From Hormiphora californensis (taxonomy: Eukaryota; Animalia; Ctenophora): a DNA stretch of 64,000 nucleotides. Made by a program: the position numbers and the translations under genes. Positions 1-15,805 of this stretch are shown here, one piece after another; the stretch's first letter is position 1; each line of letters begins with the position of its first letter. The notes under the pieces are model-generated. The model had not been told where the DNA came from and made no database searches. It saw nothing but the letters and a program-made list of their open reading frames with translations. The DNA is taken from positions 4,898,001 to 4,962,000 of the forward strand of contig CM035352.1 in assembly GCA_020137815.1 (NCBI GenBank), read 5' to 3'.

Positions 1-2
1 AC

Positions 3-872
3 TCAGTTCTTGAGAACACCAAGTCGCCGGTGAAGTTCACCCTAGTTCAGTATGAGCACAACCAGTTTGATGAGAAACACTTGAGGAACTGGATATCAGG
101 GTCCGGGGCGAGGTTTGCTAACTATCGAATTGTTCCCAATAATGAGGACTTGTTCTACACCGAGGGCAAGTTTAGTGAGTTTTTCCAGCAACTTCGGTTG
201 ATAAAAAAGTCACAACGAGATCGGTTTAAGAAGGTGATTAAAGAGATGAAAGGGAATGTAACTGCAGCCCTTCTTGTCCTCTCTGACCTGCTACCACAGG
301 AGCACAAAGTCATTGTCTTGTCGAGTAACGTTATCGTCAAATCCGATATCGCCCAGTTTTTCAATCTAAACATGGGCGAATACAAGGTGGGAGCCATCAA
401 TTCCTGCCACGGGTACTGCCACTATTCAACCTTCTTCTCCGATTACTTTAGGGACTCAATTCTGGAGCCCCGGGAGATAAAACCCACCGAATGTGCACTG
501 TCGGTGGGGGTGGTTGTGGCTAATTTAGACTTGTGGATCAACACGGAAACTCAACTCAACATGTACACGCTCTACCTTTCCCTCCTCAAGCGGAGCTCCG
601 AAATGTGGTCCCTAGGACAAGAAAACGTGTTCCTTTCCTCCTTTTTGTTACAGTTCGCGGGCAGGTTTTATGACCTCAATAACAATTGGCGAATTTGTAG
701 CCTCTCCCCCGAGCACGTGCCACGTGCATCTCAGCTGGAGCAGGCGGAGGTTATAAATTGGGGCAGTCAGTTGCCATGGACGTTAGAGCCAGACTCTCCC
801 TCACTAATGCTGTGGAAACAGTATTACCACCCCGATCCGACGGGACTTTACCGGTTGTCACAGGGCAGGTAG
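3..872 (+). CDS. Glycosyltransferase family 8 (GLT8D1/2-like), 5'-partial, catalytic motifs degenerate
   Basis: Frame is open from the window start (SVLENTKSPVKF). Segments KVIVLSSNVIVKSDIAQFF, LSVGVVVANLDLW and VINWGSQLPW align by eye with GLT8D motifs (IYLDDDVIVQGDI, FNPGVxVANLxEW, LHWNGxxKPW). Confidence 0.75.
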   Translation, partial: SVLENTKSPVKFTLVQYEHNQFDEKHLRNWISGSGARFANYRIVPNNEDLFYTEGKFSEFFQQLRLIKKSQRDRFKKVIKEMKGNVTAALLVLSDLLPQEHKVIVLSSNVIVKSDIAQFFNLNMGEYKVGAINSCHGYCHYSTFFSDYFRDSILEPREIKPTECALSVGVVVANLDLWINTETQLNMYTLYLSLLKRSSEMWSLGQENVFLSSFLLQFAGRFYDLNNNWRICSLSPEHVPRASQLEQAEVINWGSQLPWTLEPDSPSLMLWKQYYHPDPTGLYRLSQGR

Positions 873-1538
873 CGATGGGCGGGATAGTGGGATATATTCA
901 CGATGATAGTTATATGTTGTGTTTCGGGGGTAGATAAAGCAACAAGTGTTTATATAGTTGTGTGATCTGTCAGACTGTCAGCAAGATGATATCAGCAGAG
1001 CTATTCTTATCTTCGCCCTGTCTAATAATACCAGCTCAAGGTTTGGGCCATCACCGTCTTGTGTTGTTTCTTATCTTGAGCCAGGTACTGGGCGAAGACT
1101 AAAACTATACTACTCGCTAGCCATTGTAAATCCATTCAGTCAAATTTTGGTTTTTTATATAACTACGTTCTTTGGTTTTTATTGTAGTAGCTTACTGTAC
1201 ATTGAACTGTGAGTATACTGAGTATGTAAACTGGTTTGAATGGAGCTTTATGCATAAAGTTTAATGGAATGTGGTCTAACAGAATTTAATCTAGGATGAT
1301 TATGCGTGTGCCATAGAAACGGTATTTCAGCATCTCAGTTGTAACCATGGATACCAAAAGTTACATGTTGTGTTCATATTCAGAGAGCACCGTGTCCTCT
1401 TGATATTTGATCCATAAAATTAGTTTCTCTCTACCTATCGTTTCTTGGGGTCAGTAGTGTATTACGCATGTTTTTAGTCAGATCTAAAGTTTAGTAGGGA
1501 GGGGTCTAGTCTAACACACAAAATGAGCATTTCAATAC

Positions 1539-1647
1539 CAGGAACCAACCGAATCAGGAAATACTGGTCCCTGATTGGCTGATAACCAGTCACGTGACCT
1601 AAATAACGAGTTTTGATTGGTTGTTTACTTGTGTCGGTTGGTTCCTG
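1539..1647. mobile_element. Short MITE, about 109 bp
   Basis: 14-bp terminal inverted repeat CAGGAACCAACCGA...TCGGTTGGTTCCTG; the core recurs at about 58474-58536. Confidence 0.7.
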
Positions 1648-1859
1648 TTCCATACTCACTTTCTTGTGTGCTGACTAGATCCCCCCTTTAAGAAGTTGTT
1701 TGTCTCTTGTATGATGTGATTATCCTGTAGATCATAAGAAAAAAAAGCTATGTGTGTGTTTTTGTAAATGAAGTTCGTTGTTAATTTCGATCTGTTGAAG
1801 GATGAGGGGCCCAGGATGAGCGAAGGGGTATGAGGGGGTAACCAGGGGTAATTATATTG

Positions 1860-2179
1860 GTAACCAGGGGTAACTAGCCACATGACCGATCAGCATGACT
1901 GTTGATGTTTCTCCCCAATTCTTCCTCTCTCAGCGCCATGTGCTAACATCACAAGCATGCATGATAGAAAATGGAGGCCAATTGTTGAGATATAAAGTGA
2001 AAGGGAAAGTAAGTGGGGGAGGGACAGCACATGACACGTATGATACATGTGTGATTGCAAGCTTCACACGAGACCGTTCTTGCTTCTTCAGCAGTCAATA
2101 TATGTGAGCTGACCTGTGTTTTTGTGTTTTTAACAATGTGTGTGTGGGCGTGTGTGTCTATGACGTCATTATGACGTCA
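1860..2179 (+). promoter_or_regulatory. Candidate promoter elements of the CCDC181-like gene: RFX X-box and two full CRE palindromes
   Basis: GTAACCAGGGGTAAC at 1860-1874 fits GTNRCC-N0-3-RGYAAC; TGACGTCA at 2161-2168 and 2172-2179. Confidence 0.35.
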
Positions 2180-2524
2180 TGACGAGAGGTGTGTCACTAG
2201 TTACTACTTTGTTTCTGGGGAGTTGTTTGAAAGGGTGGTATAATACGGAGAGAGAGAGAGAGAGTTTGTTTTGTGGGGATACAGGCAACATGTTTTAATA
2301 TACATGGACTTTGTCTTTTCAGTCGATGTAAATCTGAGTCGTTTTCTTGTGTTCCTTCCCGATTCCCCGATATATTTGTAAGAAACTGTACGTCTCTTCT
2401 TCTTTACCCCTGTTCAATTCTAAAACCGGGAATCTCCCAGCTCCCTGGTAATCTTCACTCCCCCGTTTTAAACCCCTTCGTTACTCCCCCGTTTTAAAAT
2501 CCCTTCACTCCCCTCTCTGTAGAC

Positions 2525-7660
<5,136 letters not shown>

Positions 7661-8074
7661 TGATATAAAACACACAAGCAGTGGGCGGGAGTATTGGACA
7701 AACATTCAGTAGGAAATAGAAAGGAAGAGAATTCCAAGAAAATTAGCATTAGACTCCTGGACAATGAATAGTGGTATGAACAGGGAGGAGAAAGAGACAT
7801 TCTTGTCGCTTCAGGCAGATTTAATTTATCAAGTGTACGATGTTCATGTACTATGTACTGTGTAAGAACAAAATGTGTACATATATAGAATAGAGTTCTA
7901 TAAGTCAGATGTATAATATGTGTAACATACCTTGTTTTATGACCACTCTTTTACTTGAAATCCTGTTGTTTTTACCTCTCTTTTCGTCAATCTGCAGCTA
8001 TCAATTGATTAACATGCATTTACAGTGATGAGTGATACAAACCACACGCACATTTCCTCTCTCTTTCACACACA

Positions 8075-8167
<93 letters not shown>

Positions 8168-8512
8168 TCTCTTTATCTCTCACATGCACTCTGCTCTCGC
8201 CATTCCTAGCAGTTGTAGCTGTATGTGTGTGTATTAATGCGAGGCAGGCAGTGGTGGGAAATCACTCAGACGATGATGATCGCTGACGACAGAGCTGAAG
8301 GTGGATGGAAGGAGACTGCTTATTGCTAGGTGAGTTCGGGAGGGTTGGTGGCGCGGTGCGGAGAAAGCGCGCGCACCCCACCACTCTCCTCCGGGACCCT
8401 TCCTGGATTTGTCATGGGGAGACCGTGAGACGATCGATGATGTTGGACTCATCTTGGTCGTGTCAATTGTCCTTTCTCTGGAAATGTAGACACTTTATGA
8501 TAGAGAGTCACA

Positions 8513-8629
8513 CGGCGGGGGGGGGGGGGGTGTAATCATGGTGACAAATGGTGACAAATCTGACCATTTAGGGTATGTCACCATCACCATTTGTCACCAT
8601 GTGTCACCATGATTACCCCCCCCCCCCTG
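8513..8629. mobile_element. Small foldback MITE with G-run/C-run ends
   Basis: G-run + TAATCATGGTGACA ... TGTCACCATGATTA + C-run; flanking direct repeat TCACA at 8508-8512 and 8630-8634. Confidence 0.6.
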
Positions 8630-9695
8630 TCACACGTAGCTGTTATACCAAACCCACATCACCAATAATATGGTGAGTTCTGAGCTGTCTAGCGACACCC
8701 GATAATGGCTAAATCCTGTTTGGTGCAAAGTAGCTATGTTCTAAACTTGATCAAAGTGACAGATCAAAGAGATACTTCTTAGTAGAGACTAGAGTCACCT
8801 AGCTGGAGACGCTTGCCTTGCTCTACCCTTTCTCATCGAGAAAAATAAGTTATGTCTAGAGAAGATCTTCATAGCACGGCCGATTCTCACTCTGTTCAAA
8901 TTTCGGTTCATGACTCAAGACTGTGTGTGGGTCGTCCCATTGATACAGCAATGCTCATCATATATTGTATATGCACACACATTTGAAATACTATACATGC
9001 ATCTAGAGATACATTGCCAATGTCATTCTCCACTCTCCCCTACAAGTAATAGTACTTGAATCATGTGTCAGCCAATTGCTTCTGTTTTGTCGTCTACACT
9101 CACTCTGCTTGTGTCTAGGTTCCCAGTATGTCACACTTGGTAATCACGGTTCACAGTTATCTACTAGATAATTTAGCTTGGTCGTCGAGCACCACCAGGC
9201 TTTGAAAATAACAGTTGTTCAAAGCCTGTCTGGCGCCGCCGACCCCATCAAAATTGGGGTATATGGGCGCCGCCATACAGTTCAAAGCCTCATATTGTAT
9301 GAATATTGAACAAAAAATTCACTTCCGGGAACTTTTCTTGAGTAACAAGTCCCATGTTTTATAGAAATGTCTAAGAAAGTGGTCGTACGACGTACAGCAT
9401 GCATGGCGTGCAGCAGTCTGAAATAGAACATTGTACTGTTTAATGTTCATGATAACATGTTGATTTGCACAATGATTTTCGACCGAATGTATCTCAATGA
9501 GATGCATTCGGTCGAAAATCATTTTAACAGTTCCCGGCCTGTGTGAATTTTTTCTCTTGAGAGCTGCTCAACAATACCACATGCTTGCCAATCCACATGC
9601 AGTTCTATCAGGGTCCATACTCCGCAGTCCATCTTGCACTGTGTGCAGTAGCTACTTTGCGTTTGTCAATGTGTTCGTTTTGCAGTTTAGTACTA

Positions 9696-9869
9696 CAGTC
9701 GGACCCCGATTTAGTGACATCCTCGGGGGAAAGGGTTTTGTCCACTAAATCGGGGTGTCCACTAAATCGGGGTCAAATATATTGCTAATTTCCTATATCG
9801 GGGGAAGATTATCCTGCCACTAAATCGGGGTGCCACTAAATCGGGGGCTACTAAATCGGGGTCCAACTG
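9696..9869. mobile_element. Tc1/mariner-type MITE (CAGTCGGACCCCGATTTA family)
   Basis: TIRs CAGTCGGACCCCGATTTAGT...ACTAAATCGGGGTCCAACTG with TA on both sides. Relatives at 18157-18293, 18441-18577, 36984-37032 and 46769-46890. Confidence 0.85.
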
Positions 9870-10585
9870 TACTTATCTAAAGCTATTAAAACACTAAAAC
9901 TAAATTAAAAACCAGGCGTTCCATGTCCATGACTTTATTGTTTATGTCCTAATTCTACTCTACAATCCACATCAAACTATAGAAAGACTTCCTAATACTA
10001 CAACAATACAATGGCTGTTCAATTGTTGTTCTTTACTTTCGTCTCGGTCACAGTTCACACACACTACCTGGCCATCAGTATCATGGCAGTAGACAACATC
10101 ATGCTGATACACATCATCAAAGTACACACTACAACCACTGAACAATTCACTGCAACTGAGCTCCCATAATGAACTTCATCCCTGCGTCCATCATGTGTGA
10201 TAATATTTGCCTAATCCACTTTGGTGCCACTCTCTAGTTCCACTTCCTAGCACATCTTCCCTCAAGATATTATTGTGATCCTGCAGGAGCCTTGTTGAGT
10301 AACAACAGGAGCCAGGAATATTGCTGCTGCTATACTATAGCTATGAATTGTTACCCCTTAATCAACAAGCTATAATATTAATAATCGGTCGTTGTTTCTC
10401 TTTATTATTATAAAAGGGCCGTTGTAGGGTTTTTTATTTCTCGAGTAACGAGCACAAATTAAATTGCAATTCGTTCTTGAAGAGTTGTCCTTACAAGTTA
10501 CAATAGTTCAATTGGTATTTGAAAGATTCTAACTTGTCCCCTCACAATTAGAACAGCTCTGTACGGGGCGGCCAGCTGCATTATG

Positions 10586-11654
10586 TCAACTCATTATGGA
10601 AAAGTAGGGAATGTAAATGACAGCTAGGCGTTTTCGGGCGGCTTCCAATCCGGTAAGTGAACCATATGGATCATCCAAGATACCAAAACTAGATAGGGTA
10701 CGAAGGAGAGTGGAATGGTAGAGATCATCGATTCGGGCCATACTTTTAGTAACTTCCTGGAGTGAGAATATAGCCGCAACTAGCTGAACATAATCGTTCA
10801 GTGAGTCCCATTTTCGTGCCAGTTGGAAATCGTAGAAAATGCAGCTATCCCCGTTCATGGCCATATTTCGACCATGACAATCGCCCCAGATCAAGTTAGA
10901 AGTTTCCTCGGCCACCTCCATGTGGTAGGCTTGTCGGAAAGGATTAGGAAAATGGGATTTCAACTTTTCCACAACCCTCAAAACACCCCCTGGATCCTTC
11001 AGGTTGGGAAGCTTTTCCGTGACAAGCCGGTTTCCATTCGATGCAGCCTGGGCCAGGCCACGTGCTATCGAGAGGTGAATATGAAATGATCCCTCGCAAA
11101 AGTCATTGACAAATCCTGACTCACTCAACCATAGATCTTCCAGCAACTCCTTAGAAAATGCTGGGGGTTTCAGCTGTTTCATGGCCAGCATGGCGCCCTG
11201 GAACATTGCCACTCGTTCCACGGCGTGAAGTCGTTGTTCAAAAGGAAGAGTGGAGCGGGGAGGGTCGGTTACAACTTGGTAGCCTGACGATGCGAAGTCG
11301 TCAAAAACAAAATAGTTCGTCACTCCAATCTTAAACTGGCCGAATAGCTTCGGAAAGGATTCTGTAATCCGTGCTTTTATTTCACTGTCTGTACAAGAAG
11401 ATTCAACAAAAACTTGTTAGTATAGGAATAACCTCGCTGTAAAACAGGGATTCCTTTTGGGACACATTCAGGCTCACCGCGACATGGGGAGCAACTTTTT
11501 TAACAAAAACTTTCGTCTGTTTACCAACAGCATCCTCGATAATATACTTGACTTGTTCGGAACCGTAGCCTAGCTGTTTACAGGGCTGTTGAGTGATAGT
11601 TTGGGCTTCCGGAAACAAATTTCGGAGTTTTGTCAACAGAACATCAACAGACAT
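10586..11654 (-). CDS. Ecdysteroid-kinase-like / choline kinase (APH-fold) protein, with an apparent +1 frameshift at about 11408-11412
   Basis: VFVKK...KESLFYSEVIP, FPKLFG, WGDCHGRNM (Brenner-like) and FYDFQ motifs. Removing one T joins ORFs 11403-11726 and 10586-11323 in frame. Confidence 0.75.
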
Positions 11655-11824
11655 TGACTGAGAGGATAGTGCTTTTATGTCAAAACTAAAAGAAAACACA
11701 GGATATATATAAATACGATCATACACAAAAAGGGGGACCGAGTATGGACACTGGATTTAATGCTGGTTGCATGCACGAAGATCTGCTCTACAGGAAATCC
11801 TGGTCCGTTTGGAGCTAGTCCCTA

Positions 11825-11970
11825 GCAGATTTTGAACATATGGATCAGGAAATATCGCTCTCTGCGCCTTTGTAGGGACTTTAATTCAAGGAAAGCAAGT
11901 CTCTCTCGATAGTCCGAGTTCTTACAGCCTAGGATACGCCTGGTAAAATTTCGCTGCACCTGCTCCAGCT
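11825..11970 (-). mobile_element. Degraded non-LTR retrotransposon ORF2 C-terminal fragment
   Basis: Minus strand reads LEQVQRNFTRRILGCKNSDYRERLAFLELKSLQRRRERYFLIHMFKI, typical of CR1-group post-RT sequence. Confidence 0.7.
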
Positions 11971-12034
11971 ACACTAACATTTCTAGCATATTCTACAGGC
12001 TTCAGACCCCATGCAAAGTGCGGGATAAGGCAGT

Positions 12035-12540
12035 GTTTACAAGTTTACAAGTTTACAAGTTTACAATTAAAGTTTTATTTATAAAGAAACAGGCCTTCCC
12101 TGAATGGGTCCACCTAAATAAAATTAAGTTGAAAAACTATCCCTTCACACTCACACTCATCAGCACAGCACAGCACATTGAGGCGAAAGGTCATTTGGAA
12201 GTGGCGGGTACCCTCTGACTGGAGGACGTATCGTGAAATCCTGTCAAGTATTGCCCAATGATGATTTGAACTGATTCAAGCTCACACATGAATTGACAGC
12301 AGCTGGTAGAGTGTTCCATAAATGAGCTGCTCTTGGACCAAATGAGCAGTGAAATTGATTAGCTCGCTTCGTTTCTGCTCTATAGGGGTAAGGTGGTGGG
12401 ACTATCCGCATACCCAGTCTAGCGTGCTGTTGAAATACTAGGTTGGCAGAGTTGGGTACAAAACCATGAATCGTCTTCCACACATGAATCAGAATGTAGC
12501 GCTGTCTCCGACGCTGAAGGGACATGCTTTTCATGAACAA
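12035..12540 (-). mobile_element. 5'-truncated CR1-group LINE 3' end with (TTGTAAAC)n tail
   Basis: SLQRRRQRYILIHVWKTIHG...FGPRAAHLWNTLP; then AATAAA and an 8-bp tandem tail on the minus strand (12035-12065). Confidence 0.75.
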
Positions 12541-13224
12541 AACTTTGGGGCGCATGTGCATGAGGGGGCTGCACTGTGCAGGCTATAGCGCATCATGCAT
12601 GCAAAAAAAATCACGTGGCATTTGAAAAAACGAGAACCAGCATTTGAGAAAATCACAGCTTGGAAAAATCTCAGTTTGGAAAGCTTAAGATATCAGATGA
12701 GCCGCGCGATTTTATTGTGTACCAACGCTGCCGCGCGTACAGCCGCGCCGCGCGTATTTTAAATTCAATGCAAACATTTCATTTATTTCAAGATGGCCGT
12801 TTTGAAAGTTTTTAATTGAAAAGCGCTGCCTTATCCCGCGCTGCGGGGGCCAGCAACGTTTGCCAAAGTTTTTAACAGCTTCTCGGACTGAAGTTGCAGC
12901 CCTTCGGGCCCTGCTCGCAGGGCTCTGCAGTATTCATCCCACTCGATAGAACCGGGGCCTGCTTACGGGAGTTTTAAACCCCCACACCCTCTGACTATGG
13001 CTGACACTCCTGACTCCTAGCCCTGGGCCCGCCGGCCGCCCTGAAGCGCTGAGCCGGAGGCCCAGTGCCGTCCCTGTTAAATTCCCCTTGTTTGCGTTAC
13101 AAGTCATAGCTCACCCCCGAAAATATAGTGAATTTAAAAATTGGGACAGAATGACTATAATTGAAGGAAGCAATCGATTGAGGAATGAGGATGAATGGTA
13201 ACACAAAACTATTGAGTGGGATAT

Positions 13225-13547
13225 GTGAACCATAATTAAGTTCAAGAGCTCCCAATAGTGCACCACATCCAGAAGAGACCACATCCAAAGAGTGTACCAC
13301 ATCCGGAAGAGACCACTCCAAGAGTGTACCACATCCAAGAGAGCTCCCGATCCAGAAGATATAACCACATGCAGAGGATACCATGCGCAGAAGATATATC
13401 CGCGGTGTTGTATTTGTGCATGTGATATCTTCTGCGTGTGGTATCCCCTGTCATATGGGTGGTCTGAGACCAATGGTCTCTACTGGATGGGGTGCTCTCC
13501 TGGTCCTGGTGCGCTCTTGGACGCTCTTGAACTTTGTTATGGTTCAC
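13225..13547. mobile_element. Foldback MITE with internal (AAGAG..CACCACATCC) subrepeats
   Basis: GTGAACCATAA..AAGTTCAAGAGC / GCTCTTGAACTT..TTATGGTTCAC termini; relative at about 38823-39129. Confidence 0.7.
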
Positions 13548-13570
13548 TATCAAGTGCATAATTTACAACA

Positions 13571-13869
13571 CTAGCGCACCCATTGGGTGCGCCTCAAGTA
13601 AGGGCTTTTTGATAACCCACCCGGCTTCGCCGGGTGGTTCTTTTTGCCCCTTTCAACGGTTGCCATGGCAACTGAATTGGTAACTATGGGGAATGGCCTG
13701 TTAAAAGTCATTCGAAATATTAAGAAACTTCCACTGGAACTTCAGAAAGTGTGAATAACAGCTTTACAGCTTTCGTCATATGAAGTGTTTTATGAAGGAG
13801 CACTGTCGCTTAGATACCGCTGAACGAACGGCCACCACTTCGACGTTCATCTCCAAATTATAATAGAGA
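13571..13869 (-). mobile_element. Non-autonomous mini-Helitron, 299 bp
   Basis: Minus strand starts A|TCTCTATTATA and ends with hairpin GCGCACCC-AAT-GGGTGCGC overlapping CTAG|T; inserted between A and T with no TSD. A second hairpin CCACCCGGC-TTC-GCCGGGTGG lies nearby. Confidence 0.7.
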
Positions 13870-14143
13870 TTGTGAATAATTTATTTGTGATGTCCAGAGG
13901 CGGCTCTGGCAGGTGGTGATGCCATGACTCATTATATTTTTGGATATCTTGGTTAACTTGGAATCATATTTTAAAATGGTTCCAGCAAGAGCCTCCGATC
14001 ATGTAGGCTTCTATTGTGGGAGTCTTTTGAACTTTTTTTTGTTTTACGGATCGCTATTCCACTCAGGTGGACCTTGAAGACAGAATTGTACCTTTTATTG
14101 TTGCATTAAACCCCTTTTCTAAATACCTAAAATACCCTCTTAC

Positions 14144-15092
14144 CGGTGGCTCCACAACTGCTAAGTTCAGCTGAAGGATACCACGTGAAGGATGTATCGG
14201 AACAGGAAATGGAGGAAGATCCAGATCCGTAACGCAAAGGGTAGTCTTCATCGCATTCTATTGTTATGGTGCTCCCACCTTTTTGGGCTGACCATGATGT
14301 TACCACAGCATTGGTATCCACGGTCACGGCATCACACAGTCCTGTGAAAATATAAAACAGTTGTCTAGTCTGTTATACCAGGACCTCTCCGATATCACCC
14401 AGAATACTGTTTTGAGAAGAGAGGTGCACTCTAGTTCTAAGGCAATTTAAGGTTACAGTTTACACACTTGACAACCAAGCAGCATGGCATAACAACCCAC
14501 GTAACATTATTATGATAACAACCCATGTAACTCTATGCCAGAAAATTATTGGGAAATCAGCCTACCTGCTCGATAGGCATCTGATGCCTCGTCATAACTG
14601 GTAAACTGAATTTCCAACAGAGTCACATTCCATCGATTTATACAGGAATCAGTGCCTTCATTGAGCATTGAGTAGTTAGCCATGAGAAGTCCGTTACATG
14701 TTAATGTAAAGGTCATGTTAGACATGTCTATTGTCCAGAGTTTATCATCCACTACGGGAGGAGTTACAGGGAAGTCCCTGCTTCCACAGTGAGAAATGTA
14801 GTATTCGTACGGGTCATCGAATTTGATCTAAAATGTTGTGAAACTATTTTAATTTTTCAAGTGACATTGATTAGAAGATCTATACTAATAGTTAAATGCT
14901 AAAAGTACTAAGTAGAAAGGTATTTTTACCTGTACTTGGCCAATATATCCTTGAAAGTAATCAAAGTAAATATAGATACGGTCGCCACTGTTGTAGGTTG
15001 AATTTGTCTTGATAGCAATAGGACCGGACTCAGGGAAGAGCCAATCGATGTCCGTTCCCCTGGTTTATCCTGCCATCCGTCACCAGAACCAT
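14144..15092 (-). CDS. Partial extracellular protein: uncharacterised beta-rich domain plus sushi/CCP-like module (exons 15092-14930, 14827-14566, 14341-14144)
   Basis: Phase-compatible GT-AG exons: ...GPIAIKTNST...IKFDDPYEYYISHC...WTI...CNG...SDAYRAG | LCDAVTV...TITIECDEDY...ISC. One apparent 1-nt deletion near 15065. Confidence 0.55.
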
Positions 15093-15705
15093 CTGTAAAG
15101 TATTTGGTAAGAAATCACCCCTCCGTGTTATAATAGCTCATATCATGCAATATTAGGGGGTGACTTCGTAACAAACGTTAAGAGTTGTTTTGAAAACCAG
15201 CGAAAATCAGATTGATTATTATCACGTAAAGGAGCGAATTTTTCCGTATTCTACAAATTTTCATTACACGTAATTTAGTTATCCCTTACCGCATGCAGCC
15301 ACGTAAAGGAAGACCAAGGCATAGAACCTCAGATTCATGGTTTATTTCACTCACAAAACATATATTATGGCTAAGGAATAAAAACAGGTTAAAACTAGCT
15401 AGGTCGTTTAAAAAAAACGAAGGTGGCCAAAATTTATAGAACAATGTACGGTAAAAAAGAACTGTGCTGTGGAATGACAGTCCATTGTTCGTTTGCAAGC
15501 TTTTGTGATGTAAATAACTCCATCTTAGCTGTTAGATAACTTGACTCTTTATGCAGACGAGGGCCAGATGATATAATAAGTAATATGAAATTCATATTAT
15601 GAATAGGGAAATGTAAACAAACATCTCACGCCCGCAAATAGACACACACCCAAACAATATGGATTGTAAAACATACTTTATGTATCATGTAAGGCACCTA
15701 GTGTC

Positions 15706-15805
15706 NNNNNNNNNNNNNNNNNNNNNNNNNNNNNNNNNNNNNNNNNNNNNNNNNNNNNNNNNNNNNNNNNNNNNNNNNNNNNNNNNNNNNNNNNNNNNNN
15801 NNNNN
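15706..15805. other. Assembly gap (100 N)
   Basis: Run of N. Confidence 1.

Noticed and set aside
1474-1659. ORF QPIKTRYLGHVTGYQPIRDQYF
   Set aside because: Chance translation of a MITE; the same DNA recurs at about 58474.
10060-10285. Possible further minus-strand exon (VHYGSSVAVNC-like)
   Set aside because: Stops and frame breaks, and no clear link to a gene model.
12890-13075. GC-rich hairpins ending near CTAG, a possible second Helitron end
   Set aside because: CTAG is not followed by T, and no matching 5' TC end was found.
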